Assembly (NCBI RefSeq): GCF_023055435.1
Contig: NW_025964112.1
Span: forward strand, 62,310,001-62,374,000
Reading direction: 5' to 3'
DNA length: 64,000 nt
Source: Haliotis rufescens
Taxonomy: Eukaryota
The notes under the pieces are model-generated. The model had not been told where the DNA came from. It worked only from the letters and a program-made list of their open reading frames with translations, and searched no databases. The position numbers were made by a program, and so were the translations under genes. How positions within the stretch are numbered: position 1 is the first letter of the stretch; each line of letters starts with the position of its first letter. This document shows positions 40,250 through 52,756 of this stretch, one piece after another.

Positions 40250-42460
40250 ATACCTACCTATCTCTGCACCATATATACTACATACCTATCTCTGCACTAT
40301 ATATACTACCTACCTATCTCTGCACCATATATATATACTACCTACCTATCTCTGCACCATATATAATACCTACCTATCTCTGCACCATATATACTACCTA
40401 CCTATCTCTGCACCATATATATGCTTTTTACCTATATCTGCACCATATATATGCTACCTACCTATCTCTGCACCAAATATACTACCTACCTATCTCTGCA
40501 CCATATATATACTACCTACCTATCTCTGCACATATATATATATACTACCTACCTATCTCTGCACCATATATATATACTACCTACCTATCTCTGCACCATA
40601 TATATACTACCTACCTATCTCTGCACCATATTTATATACTACCTACCTATCTCTGCACCATATATATACTACCTACCTATCTCTGCACCATATATATACT
40701 ACCTACCTATCTCTGCTCCATATATATATATACTACCTACCTATCTCTGCACCATATATATACTACCTACCTATCTCTGCACCATATATATATATACTAC
40801 CTACCTATCTCTGCACCATATATATATACTACCTACCTATCTCTGCACTATATATATACTACCTACCTATCTCTGCACCATATTTATATACTACCTACCT
40901 ATCTCTGCAACATATATATACTACCTACCTATCTCTGCACCACATATATATACTACCTACCTATCTCTGCACCATATATATACTACCTACCTATCTCTGC
41001 ACCATATTTATATACTACCTACCTATCTCTGCACCATATATATACTACCTACCTATCTCTGCACCATATATATACTACCTACCTATCTCTGCACCTTATT
41101 TATACTACCTACCTATATCTGCACTATATATATACTACCTACCTATCTCTGCACCATATTTATATACTACCTACCTATCTCTGCACCATATATATATACT
41201 ACCTACCTATCTCTGCACCATATATATATAATACCTACCTATCTCTGCACCATATATATATACTACCTACCTATCTCTGCACCATATATGCTACCATCTA
41301 TCTCTGCACCATATATATATACTACCTACCTATCTCTGCACTATATATATACTACCTACCTATCTCTGCACCATATTTATATACTACCTACCTATCTCTG
41401 CACCATATATATACTACCTACCTCTCTCTGCACCATATATATATACTACCTACCTATCTCTGCACTATATATATACTACCTACCTATCTCTGCACCATAT
41501 TTATATACTACCTACCTATCTCTGCAACATATATATACTACCTACCTATCTCTGCATCACATATATATACTACCTACCTATCTCTGCACCATATATATAC
41601 TACCTACCTATCTCTGCACCATATTTATATACTACCTACCTATCTCTGCACCATATATATACTACCTATCTATCTCTGCACCATATATATACTACCTACC
41701 TATCTCTGCACCTTATTTATACTACCTACCTATCTCTGCACTATATATATACTACCTACCTATCTCTGCACCATATTTATATACTACCTACCTATCTCTG
41801 CACCATATATATACTACCTACCTATCTCTGCACCATATATATATAATACCTACCTATCTCTGCACCATATATATATACTACCTACCTATCTCTGCACAAT
41901 ATATGCTACCATCTATCTCTGCACCATATATATAAACTACCTACCTATCTCTGCACTATATATATACTACCTACCTATCTCTGCACCATATTTATATACT
42001 ACCTACCTATCTCTGCACCATATTTATATACTACCTACCTATCTCTGCACCATATATATATACTACCTACCTATCTCTGCACCATATATATACTACCTAC
42101 CTATCTCTGCACCATATATATATACTACCTACCTATCTCTGCACCATATATATATACTACCTACCTATCTCTGCACCATATATATATACTACCTACCTAT
42201 CTCTGCACCATATATATATATACTACCTACCTATCTCTGCACCATATATATACTACCTACCTATCTCTGCACCATATATATATACTACCTACCTATCTCT
42301 GCACCATATATGCTACCATCTATCTCTGCACGATAGATGACCTACATACCTATTTCTGCAGCATATATGACCTACGTACCCCTTTTTGCACAATATACAA
42401 GACATACCTTCTGTCTCTACACCATATATATATATATACTACCTACCTATTTCACTATAT
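40250..42460. repeat. ~30-34-bp minisatellite CTACCTACCTATCTCTGCACC(AT)n
   Basis: Direct inspection. A variable (AT)n tract sits inside each unit. Confidence 0.97.
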
Positions 42461-42519
42461 ATACAGTACCTATGTCTATACAATATCAACACTACCTAAT
42501 ATCTCTACGCAATACATAA

Positions 42520-43420
42520 AGTATCTACCTTTGTCTACACCACATGTAAAGTATCTACCAACTCTACACCATATGTAAACTACCTACCTATGTCTACACC
42601 ACATGTAAACTACTTACCTATCTCTACGCCTTATGTAAACTACCTACCTATCTCTACACCATATGTAAACTACCTACCTATCTCTTCACCACATGTCAAC
42701 TACCTACCTATGTCTACACCACATGTAAACTACCTACCTATCTTTTCACCACATGTAACTACCTACCTATCTCTACGCCTTATGTAAACTACCTACCTAT
42801 CTCTACACCATATGTAAACTACCTACCTATCTCTACACCATATATAAACTACCTACCCACCCCCCATACGATATGTAAACTACCTACCTATCTCTACACC
42901 ACATGTAAACTACCTACCTATCTCTACACCACATATAAACTACCCACCTATGTCTACACCACATGTAAACTACCTACCTATGTCTACACCACATGTAACT
43001 ACCTACCTATGTCTACACCATATGTAAACTACCTACCTATCTCTACACCATATGTAAACTACCTACCTATCTCTACACCACATGTAAACTACCTACCTAT
43101 CTCTACACCACATGTAAACTACCCACCTATGTCTACACCACATGTAACTACCTACCTATGTCTACACCACATGTAAACTACCCACCTATGTCTACACCTC
43201 ATGTAACTACCTACCTATGTCTACACCACATGTAAACTACCCACCTATGTCTACAACACATGTAACTACCTACCTATCTCTACACCACATGTAAACTACC
43301 CACCTATGTCTACACCACATGTTAACTACCTACCTATGTCTACACCATATATAAACTACCTACCTATCTCTACACTACGTATAAACTGCCCACCTATCTC
43401 TACACCATATATAAAATACC
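42520..43420. repeat. ~30-bp minisatellite CTACCTACCTATCTCTACACCACATGTAAA
   Basis: Direct inspection. Confidence 0.95.
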
Positions 43421-43424
43421 CACC

Positions 43425-43570
43425 ACCCCGACTATGTATCTAGGTTGTTAGCACCATCCCGAGCTTGTTGGTTTCATAAAAGTCTACGATCTGCATCAAT
43501 TCGGGCTTTCCTGACACAGTAAGCCGAGATACCATTATATAAGCGGCATTAAACACAATTCACTCACTCT
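43425..43570 (+). mobile_element. SINE family B, degenerate 3' part
   Basis: CCCCGACTATGTATCTAGGTT..TTCGGGCTTTCCT..AAGCGGCATTAAAC..CACTCACT. Confidence 0.7.
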
Positions 43571-43599
43571 GCACCATGCATAACCTACCTACCTATTTC

Positions 43600-44070
43600 T
43601 ATATCATATTTCTAGATCTGCCTATCTCAGCATCATTAAAACATATCTGCCTATCTCTGCATCTTCTAAGGCCTATCTGCTCATCTCTGCATCATCTGAA
43701 ACATATCTATCTAACTCTATATCAGCTGAAACACATCTGCCTATCTCTGCATCATCTAAAACATGTCTGCCTATCTTTGCATTATCTAAGACATATCTTC
43801 CCATCTCTGCATCATCTAAAACAAACCTACTATCTCTGCATTTTAAAAAAAAAAATATCTGCCTATCTCTGCATTTATTTAAAACATATCTGCCTATCTC
43901 TGCATCATCGAAAACATATCTGCCTATCTCTGCGTCATCTAAAACATATCTGACTATCTCCGCATCAACTGAAACAATATCTACTATCTCTGCATCTTCT
44001 AAAACAAATCTGGTAAACTCTGCATCATCTGATATAAATCTGACCATCTCTGTTTCATCTAAAACATACC
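43600..44070. repeat. 30-bp minisatellite TCTGCCTATCTCTGCATCATCTAAAACATA
   Basis: Direct inspection and a 10-aa repeat in ORFs. Confidence 0.9.
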
Positions 44071-44301
44071 CACATTTCCCTTCACCATAAGTGATTTATC
44101 TTAGCGTTTCATATGATCTACCTATCTATCTGTGTACTATTTAGGACCTACCTTACCTATATCTGCACAATATATGACCTACCTATCTCCTGCACCATAG
44201 TTGACCTGTCTACCTATTTACCTATCAATCCATGTTCTAGTTTATCGACCTACTTAGTGTGCTTCATCTGTGAGATCGATCTGTTTATATATTTACCGTC
44301 T

Positions 44302-44559
44302 GTGATTCAGTGCAGTGTTGCGTCCCATGGGCAGACCAGAAACCTATGATTGTGAGTTCGAATCCCGGTTCGCCCCGATTATGTTTCTAGGTTCGTCAGC
44401 ACCATATCCGTAGTTGTTGGTTTTACCGAAGTGGTAAACGTCTGCGACCTGCATCACTTCGGGCTTTCCTCCCACATTAAGCTGTCACGCCGCAATATAA
44501 CTGGAATACTGTTAAAAGCGGCGTTAAACCCAACTCACTCACTCACTCACTCATTCATT
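44302..44559 (+). mobile_element. SINE family B, 5'-truncated
   Basis: GTGCAGTGTTGCGTCCC..GTTCGAATCCCGGTTCGCCCCG..(ACTC)n. Confidence 0.92.
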
Positions 44560-44772
44560 TGTCTTTTGCTTACGTTTAACACCTAATCTCTCATATTTTC
44601 GTACTACTTATATATAGCCGATTTACACTACCAATCTGTATTTTATCTACCTATTTACTTCTAAAACCCTCTCAATTAGCTTGTGCTCCCTTCATCCGCA
44701 ACATCATACGACCTCATTCTTACCCTCTCCGTTTCTACCCTCACTTTATATATTTCTCCCTTACCCTATACA

Positions 44773-45055
44773 GTCAGTGAGTGAGTGTGTTGGATTTAAC
44801 GCCGCTTTTAACAGTATTCCAGTTATATCACGGCGTGTCAGCTTAATGTAGGGGGAAGCCCGAAGTGATGCAGGTCTCAGACGTTTACCACTTCGGTGAA
44901 ACCCAGGAGCACGGGTATGGTGCTGACAAACCTAGAAACATAATCGGGGCGAACCGGGATTCGAACCCACAATCGTAGGTTTCTGGCGTGCCCAAGGGAC
45001 GCAACACTGCACAGCGAATCGCGGCGCCTTAGACGACTTGGCCACCCATGCACCC
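44773..45055 (-). mobile_element. SINE family B, full length
   Basis: Complete head to tail, with a probable TSD ACC(C/T)TATACA (44763-44772 / 45056-45065). Confidence 0.92.
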
Positions 45056-45159
45056 ACCTTATACATGATACTGCATGACTTGGTCAATAAATCTTTGTAA
45101 ATTAAATGTGAAAACACATGTTCACATGTTGCTTGAAGGGAGACATTTTGCATTGACTT

Positions 45160-45270
45160 TGACTTTGCATGTGTTCGTGACGGGTGCCAGCGGATACGGT
45201 TACCATTTCGCGAACACCTGGTATCATCACTATTTGATAGTGATTAATATAGTCGGAGTTGTACAATGAA
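45160..45270 (+). mobile_element. Solo 3' module of the Penelope-like element
   Basis: TTGCATGTGTTCGTGACGGGTGCCAGCGGATACGGTTACCATTTCGCGAACACCTGGTATCATCACTATTTGATAGTGATT. Confidence 0.78.
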
Positions 45271-46226
45271 CTCTGTTTTTGTGAGGAGTTCTCATTAATA
45301 TGGAAGTTTAATATGCCATTCTCTTTGAAACGGTTTGCATACAACGGTGATCATTGGAAATAACCAAAGTTCCCATTTTAAAACTGCTCGTTAAGGCAGA
45401 AAAATGAAGTTGCTTTGAAATAATGAACCAGCGTATTGTAGTGGGACTTTGTACGCAATTACATCTTGCTAACATGTACACTTTTATTTTTCAGACGTTC
45501 AAAGTGTGTATGATCGTGTTATTGCACGGTCACTCGAAAATGTACTTTTTGTGTTTTAATCCCAGCAACATATGCAACTGTCTTTAATCTTAGGCTAAAC
45601 TGTGTGTACACAGACACTCAGAAAGGTAATACCGAGCTCAGACCTGTCAGAGTTTCAGACATATGTAATCTGCAAAGATGTGGAGCATGAGTAGTATGTG
45701 CTGGCGCACCGAGGACACCTGTAAAACACATTATGTCAAAATTTTAAAAAGATAGATTTTGAGGTTTAGGTGTAACCATCCAAGGAGAACATACATATGT
45801 AAATAGAACATTTGAGATAGGACACATTATTTGTAGACCTATTCTCTACACGTAAGAAAGAGCTATATATCTAGATTTGAGATAGTTGTAAGCATTTCAT
45901 CGCCTACCATGTGGTATGCTGATTACACACGAATGTTCCCATACTAGAAGTATGTGGATTTACTTTGATAGCTCGTGGTAAGGATTAAGTTCTTAATAAA
46001 CTATGTGATATGTGACTTTCTTTTAAATATGCTTACAATCTGAGCATGAGCACATAATAATATTGATCATAATGTGCATTTAGTTTATGTTGAAGTAATT
46101 TCACAGCTGTGACTCTTTTTGGTCTACTCTCATAAGGTAAACACTTAAAACCAAACTTTGATAGCAATGTTTGTAATTAGGTTTCAGTGTTAAAAGCAAA
46201 TGATAATCTGTGTTTTCTACCTGCAG

Positions 46227-46636
46227 ATGATATTCAAGTTGGATGTCGACAGTTGAGAGCCAAACGCTATATATCGGATGGCTTCTGTACGTCGACGAAG
46301 CCTATTAATGAAGTGGTGTGTGCAGGAAACTGTTTACCAATCAGACAACTGCCATGGTATTCGGAATTTGTGAAATATTGGTCTAATGATAAATTGAGAG
46401 AATGGGAGTGTGAGGAGGACATGGTTAGGCGGAAGAAAGTCCGCCTGCTCTGCCAGGACAAGACCTATAGGACATATAAGATTAAAGTGGTAAAAAGCTG
46501 CAAGTGCAAAAAGACTGTTGATGAACACAACAAAACGAAACAACGGAAGAAGAAGAAGAAGAGGAGGAGGAGGAAGAATAATAAGAACAACAGAAGGCAA
46601 AAAAGAAAAACACACGTTAGTAGTAATGCACCTTGA
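46227..46636 (+). CDS. SOSTDC1: Sclerostin/SOSTDC1-like secreted protein, coding exon 2 (DAN-family cystine knot plus basic tail)
   Basis: Acceptor TGTTTTCTACCTGCAG| ends at 46226. The translation QVGCRQLRAKRYISDGFCTSTKPINEVVCAGNCLP..KYWS..EWEC..LCQDKTYRTYKIKVVKSCKCK..HNKT aligns by eye with vertebrate SOSTDC1 (QVGCRELRSTKYISDGQCTS..LVCAGECLP..KYWS..EWRC..CQDGSTRTYKITVVTACKCK..HNES). All 8 Cys are present, including CxGxC and CxC. TGA at 46634-46636. Probably a pro-orthologue of both SOST and SOSTDC1. Confidence 0.95.
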
Positions 46637-47919
46637 TTTCGATGTACGGAGTACTGTTCCATTTTTGAATTGTGTCCAGTACACGCCACCATCCATTTCA
46701 GACAAGTAAGGAATGCGTTTGTCTTGCAATTGGATTTACGTCGTGTTTCGGTTGCGCCAGGTGATTGCGTGGTGTAAAAAGCATTTGCTCATGGAAGCAG
46801 TTCTGCAACCAAATCAAATATTTCTTTCGAAAAGGTTCCATCAAGTATTGGATACAAGTAAAATGTGCTTGACGTGTGTACGAAACTATGGCTACACCAT
46901 TGCGAGTACGAAACTATGGGAGCACAGAATACTAAAACCCACGTGAAGCAGTGGTATCAACGGACACAGTCTCACTTCAGTTGTGACGTCATTGTGATGA
47001 ATCTTGCAACTGGGTGTATTAGTGTGTGAGTGTGCACTACTGGAGATTTTCGATCTCAAATGGCTTTCTCGTCGAAGGAAAAGGTGTACTTTAAGAAAAG
47101 CCTTTTTTCTGTTGTGGTCAGTGGAGAACTTGTTTCGGCAAGTTCACTTATTTGTGCATTTGAAACAATTACTTCTTCCCGGAGGAAGGGATAACTGGTA
47201 AATGGCATCAACTAGGTATTGCAAAATACAACGGTGCATTGTGGAGACAGAGGATTTAATTATTCCTGGATGTACGAATATGGTACAGCTGGACCCTGTG
47301 TTAACGTGCTATATGGTGTAATTTCCAATTGTAGTGCTAATACGTTTAGTGATATTTGACCCTTTGTGCTTCACATGTGAAGATAGTGCGAAATGAAACT
47401 GCAGAACAGAGAAAAAATTATATAACATAACCAAATTAACATTGTTTGAGTAATGTGTATCTCCAGTGTTCTGAGCAGTATTGTGACATTTGGGTCTAAT
47501 CTATCATTCTTAAGACTATACATTGTATTTAACTATCACTGTATTTAATAACGCCAAAATAACTGCATTTTAGCAGACGTAGCTTACAGTAGGTGAGCCC
47601 CCTGTTGCGTTCGGTGTTAATAAACTGAAATTTACCAAAGTTTATTTCGTTTTCGTCCAGAAAAGCTGAGCATTAAAATGAACTATCCACTACTGCCTCT
47701 TGTGGCAGCACAAAAAACAAGGGAGGGAACCTATCTATGCTTTTAATGAGGATAAGTTGCAAGAACTGTACGTCAACTGTTGTTATATACTGTACATAGG
47801 TCTATGTAGACCACATGTTGTTGATAAGCGCTAGGTTGCTGTGAAGATCGACCTTGAAATATATAAGTGTATAATCATCAGCGATCTTGTAAATTCCTAA
47901 GTCGGTCTGTAATCTAAAG

Positions 47920-47960
47920 AATAAAAGCGACAAACAGTTCCCTTTTGGTATTGTTGGTTT
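47920..47960 (+). terminator. Candidate polyadenylation signal of the SOSTDC1-like gene
   Basis: AATAAA at 47920-47925 followed by a GT/T-rich element (TTTTGGTATTGTTGGTTT). Alternative AATAAA sites occur at 47619 and 48871. Confidence 0.4.
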
Positions 47961-49539
47961 ACATTATACATAATCTATGCCATTATACATACAGTCCATG
48001 TCATATACACTTTAAGACATGACATGTGCCTGTAAGCATTATCAGGAATAACGAGTTAATGTACAGGGAGATGCTTCTTTAATGCTATACATATCAGTCT
48101 GTTTATGTCAGCAGGGGTGTATTAAACTGCAGAATGATAAAACTCGAATTCGAAATTCCCCTCGCTAAATGAAGAGTAAAAAGATACATTGTTAATTCGA
48201 CACCAACGGATCGTAAAATGATATCCTTCGCAGTTCTGTAGAGTACAATATGGTGAATATTATGATTCAATGAGAGAATATAAATATGATGTGCTGTGAG
48301 ACACAAAGGGTTTACCCTGTGATCATACACCGTAAATATACACATTCTCTCAAAGACGAAACTGTATATATATACCTTCCCTGAGAGGCAAAACATTTAG
48401 TCCATACAATGCAATGTACACATCCACATTCCACGAGAGGAAAAACTATTTTACTTAACACAATATACTGTACAAACTTTAACTTATTACATATGTGCAA
48501 ACTGATAGACACGTGCTGAGCCTACAACTGTAGGAAGTCCAGACCTGCGAGGGTTAACGATGGCAATGAGCCCATATCTTTCTTTAGTTGGCCTTGTCTT
48601 CCTGCTCGGTCAAGATTAATACTATGCCAGATCAACCGGTTTCCATGTGCAGGTTTTGCCGCTGTGTGGAGCTGATGTAGTGCCAAGTACTGGTTAGATA
48701 TATGTATACATCGTCATTTAAGACTTAGTCGTAGTTTTTGTTCCAGAGTAAGAAGTTAGATGTGCGATTATTTATGACGATATATGCATAAATAGAAATT
48801 ACAAGCAAAATGTCACATACATTTTATGCATGAACTATTAATCTGGTCAAGTGTACTATCAGAGATATTGAATAAATTCTAATATTAATGTTGAGTTAGT
48901 GCTCACTGGATGATATGGTTGCTTAACCCGATTGTGGGTTAAAGTTTCAAATTGCTGCTAGGCAGGTTGGATAGGGTTTAACCTTTAACCCAAAGTCAAG
49001 TTTGACCTCTGACCCTCAAACCAGGATTGACATGTGGTCCTCAGTAAACATTATGTTGAGAGCGGTGTGTTTGTGTAAGAGTTAACAATTTCTAGTAAAA
49101 CCGCTCTTTCAGCCCGGAACACGCTGTAGCCCAGAACCATACTCGCAAACGTGCCTCGTGATTTCATTTTAAATCCTAGTTGTGTAAAACCTAAGTAAAG
49201 CCATCCTTCCAAGTCAAGGAAGCTCTTTGAATAGGGGCACGCTTGAGAAAATCCACAAGTAGGCGATCTGCAACATCTCACTGAAAACATCACTCATGAA
49301 AACAACGACAAAATACATTTTGTTGGATTTTGATCAATCTTAAATTCCTAACTTGTCCCTTTAGTTCTTCTAACCCCTCGTGGATCCCGGCTGACTCACC
49401 CAAAGCAAACATGCTTTCCCTGTAGGTACATAGCCCTTATGCTAACCCTTCAGAGCATGCAGGTAGGTAGCCCTCCACAGCTGGCTGGGATAAATCAGCA
49501 GTGTATGTGTGCCACTGTTGCAACATGTCAATGCTAAAG

Positions 49540-51190
49540 AACAGTGCAATGTATTAGAAATTAAGGTGTAGATATGAACAATACACTATGTCTTTTGTAG
49601 GGAATGTACAAAAACATTAAGGTGCAAATATTAAAAATACACAATGTCTTTGTGTACAATGTGTTAGAAATTAAGGTGTAGATATGAACAATACACTATG
49701 TCTTTTGTAGGGAATGTACAAAAAATTAAGGTGCAAATATTAAAAATACACAATGTATTTGTGTACAATGTACAAGAAATTAAGGTGTAGATATGAATAA
49801 TACACTATGTCTTCTGTAGGGAATGTACAAAAACTTAAGGTGAAAATATTATAAATACGCAATGTCTTTGTGTACAATGTACAAGAAATTAAGGTGTAGA
49901 AATGGACAATACATCATGTCTTTGTGTACAATGTACAAGAAATTAAGGTGTAGATATGGACAATACATCATGTCTATTGTGTACAATGTGCAAGAAATTA
50001 AGGTGTAGATTTGACAATACATCATGTCTTTGTGTACAATGTACAAGAAATTAAAGTGTAGATATGAACAATACATCATGTCTATTGTGTACAATGTGCA
50101 AGAAATTAAGGTGTAGATATTGACAATACATCATGTCTTTCTGTACAATGTACAAGAAATTAAAGTGTAGATATGAACAATACATCATGTGTATTGTATA
50201 CAATGTACAAGAAATTAAAGTGTAGATATGGGCAATGCATCATGTCTTTGTGTGGATGTACAAGGAATTAAAGTGTAGATATGTACAATACATCATGTCT
50301 ATTGTGTACAATGTACAAGAAATTAAGGTGTAGATATGAACAATATATCATGTCTATTGTTCGACAATGTACAAGAAATTAAGGTGTAGATATAGACAAT
50401 ACATCATGTCTATTGTGGACAATGTACAAGAAATTAAGGTGTAGATATAAACAATACATAATGTATATTGTGTACAATGTCCAAGAAATTAAGGTGTAGA
50501 TATGAACAATACATCATGTCTATTGTTCGACAATGTACAAGAAATTAAGGTGTAGATATAGACAATACATCATGTCTATTGTGGACAATGTACAAGAAAT
50601 TAAGGTGTAGATATGAACAATACATCATGTCTATTGTTCGACAATGTACAAGAAATTAAGGTGTAGATATAGACAATACATCATGTCTATTGTGGACAAT
50701 TTACAAGAAATTAAGGTGTAGATATGAACAATACATAATGTCTATGGTGTGCAATGTACAAGAAATTAAGGTGTTGATATTGACAATACATAATGTATAT
50801 TGTGTACAATGTCCAAGAAATTAAGGTGTAGATATGAACAATACATCATGTATATTGTGGACAATGTACAAGAAATTAAGGTGTAGATATAGACAATACA
50901 TCATGTCTATTGTGGACAATGTACAAGAAATTAAGGTGTAGATATGAACAATACATAATGTCTATGGTGTGCAATGTACAAGAAATTAAGGTGTTGATAT
51001 TGACAATACTTCATGTCTATTGTGTTCAGTGTAAAACAATAAGGTGTAGATATGGACCTAACACCATGTCAATTGTGTGCAAAGTTAAAAAATAATTAAG
51101 GTGCAGATATTGACAATACACTATATCTATAGTGTACAATGTACAAGAATGTTAGGTGTAGATATGACCACTACAATATGTCTATTGTGT
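49540..51190. repeat. 55-bp minisatellite (ACAATGTACAAGAAATTAAGGTGTAGATATGAACAATACATCATGTCTATTGTGT), ~30 copies
   Basis: Period measured 49928 to 49983. Confidence 0.95.
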
Positions 51191-52756
51191 CTCTTTTCAA
51201 TGTACCCGTGTAGTCTAATGATTTCTCTAAATTAGAGGTATGAAAAATATATCCTATTTTGAAAAATACTTCCAGGTTAATTTGTACATGTACGCGAAAT
51301 AGTATATATATTTCAACATAGCTGTTGTGACGTATCATCAAAGATGGTATCATGACACATTCAGTTCAAATATATATGTTAAAACTCATGTCAGGTGGAA
51401 CCATTCTTTTCAAGTAACTAGAATTTAAGTTTACTTATATTGGTTTGTACACATACAGCCCCTTAATAAAACAGTGGTAGTTACCGAATTAGTCTCTTCT
51501 TAGCAATACCGAGATATGTGAGTAAATGCACAGACACACGTGTGTTGCCACAGGAAAGCCTGAGCACTCTTGTACAGAATGTATTTGCAGTGATATTTTA
51601 TATACTACACATGTGTCCTCAATGGCCGGAGAAGCAGTAAGTCAACGTGTTATACCAAGACACTAGATGCAGGATCTTCTTTATCCGATATTATAGAAAC
51701 ATTGATTGTGTAAGGCTGCACACAATTTAGATCACAGTGGAATGATTGATTTATACATTATCCAAATAGACGAGGGTGCTAATCCCTCTGTGGTTTATGT
51801 AAAACTATGACCATTCACAAAAACATCTCACGCAGCCTGTGTCTCTACCATACCCGAGTAAATAGGCTTCTACGACATTAAACCTTATCGCCAAGCATAT
51901 GTGTATACACAGTCAGGCGGATGTGTATTGGCTGTGGTGCCCTCACTATGCATACGTTATCTTTACATTTGACAGGCTATACCCTGTTCCGAGCGTTTGT
52001 CTGCTTATACTGACTAGTGGTATGAATCGCACGGCCGCTCATTCAATGGGGAGATTTTGCCATTCATAGTATGACCCAGAAACGTATTCATACCACTACA
52101 GATGCCTGTGTGGCTTTTGTAGAGGGGCGCAGCGAGGTGGAACAGAGATACGATCGCTTAGGGCTTGTTGAACCCTCGCCAAACTTCATATGAACTTTTG
52201 CTACACAGATCTAGCGTGTGTCTTCTGCCAACTCAATTGAAGTAAAATTACATTCATTAAAGCTTTAATTTATGCATAAAACATAATAAGATGGACATTT
52301 TTCACAACAGTCCATCTAAAGGAATACAGGGCGTTCCAGCATGTGTGATCGAATATCAACTGTTCTACTTAAAGGCTTTTTGTTTAAAATGAAATGTGAA
52401 AGTATAGAAGGAGTGCCAGGGCTGAATGGACTTTTAAATTTGAATGCATATATACTTTAGATCTTAAAGCAAGTGTTGTTACTTTGTCAGGCACAGATGC
52501 CTGTAAAGTTAATTCCACTACGTAGATGTGTCCGTGACTGACAACAGTCAGTACTGTGACGAGTATGGAGACATGTATGGTGTACCCCGTATACAGAGTA
52601 GCCCTATAGCGATACAGAAGGTAACTAAAAACAACGTAACCATCAGCTAGTGGTTGCTACGATGATTATCACATGGTTAGTACAAGATGCAGATGCTTAT
52701 AAAACACACACTATCTATACCATAGTAATCCCCTCACACAATATCGGTAGTGGTGT

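Noticed and set aside
40161-42336. Long ORFs of 356, 702 and 504 aa
   Set aside because: They are open in all three + frames simply because the minisatellite has almost no stop triplets. The peptides are the same repeats in shifting frames, and the region is intronic.
45170-45215. SECIS element in the PLE 3' module (some Naiads encode selenoproteins)
   Set aside because: RTGA is present, but there is no matching GA of the non-Watson-Crick quartet or apical AA at the right spacing. The in-frame stop seen in the RT remnant is TAA, not TGA.
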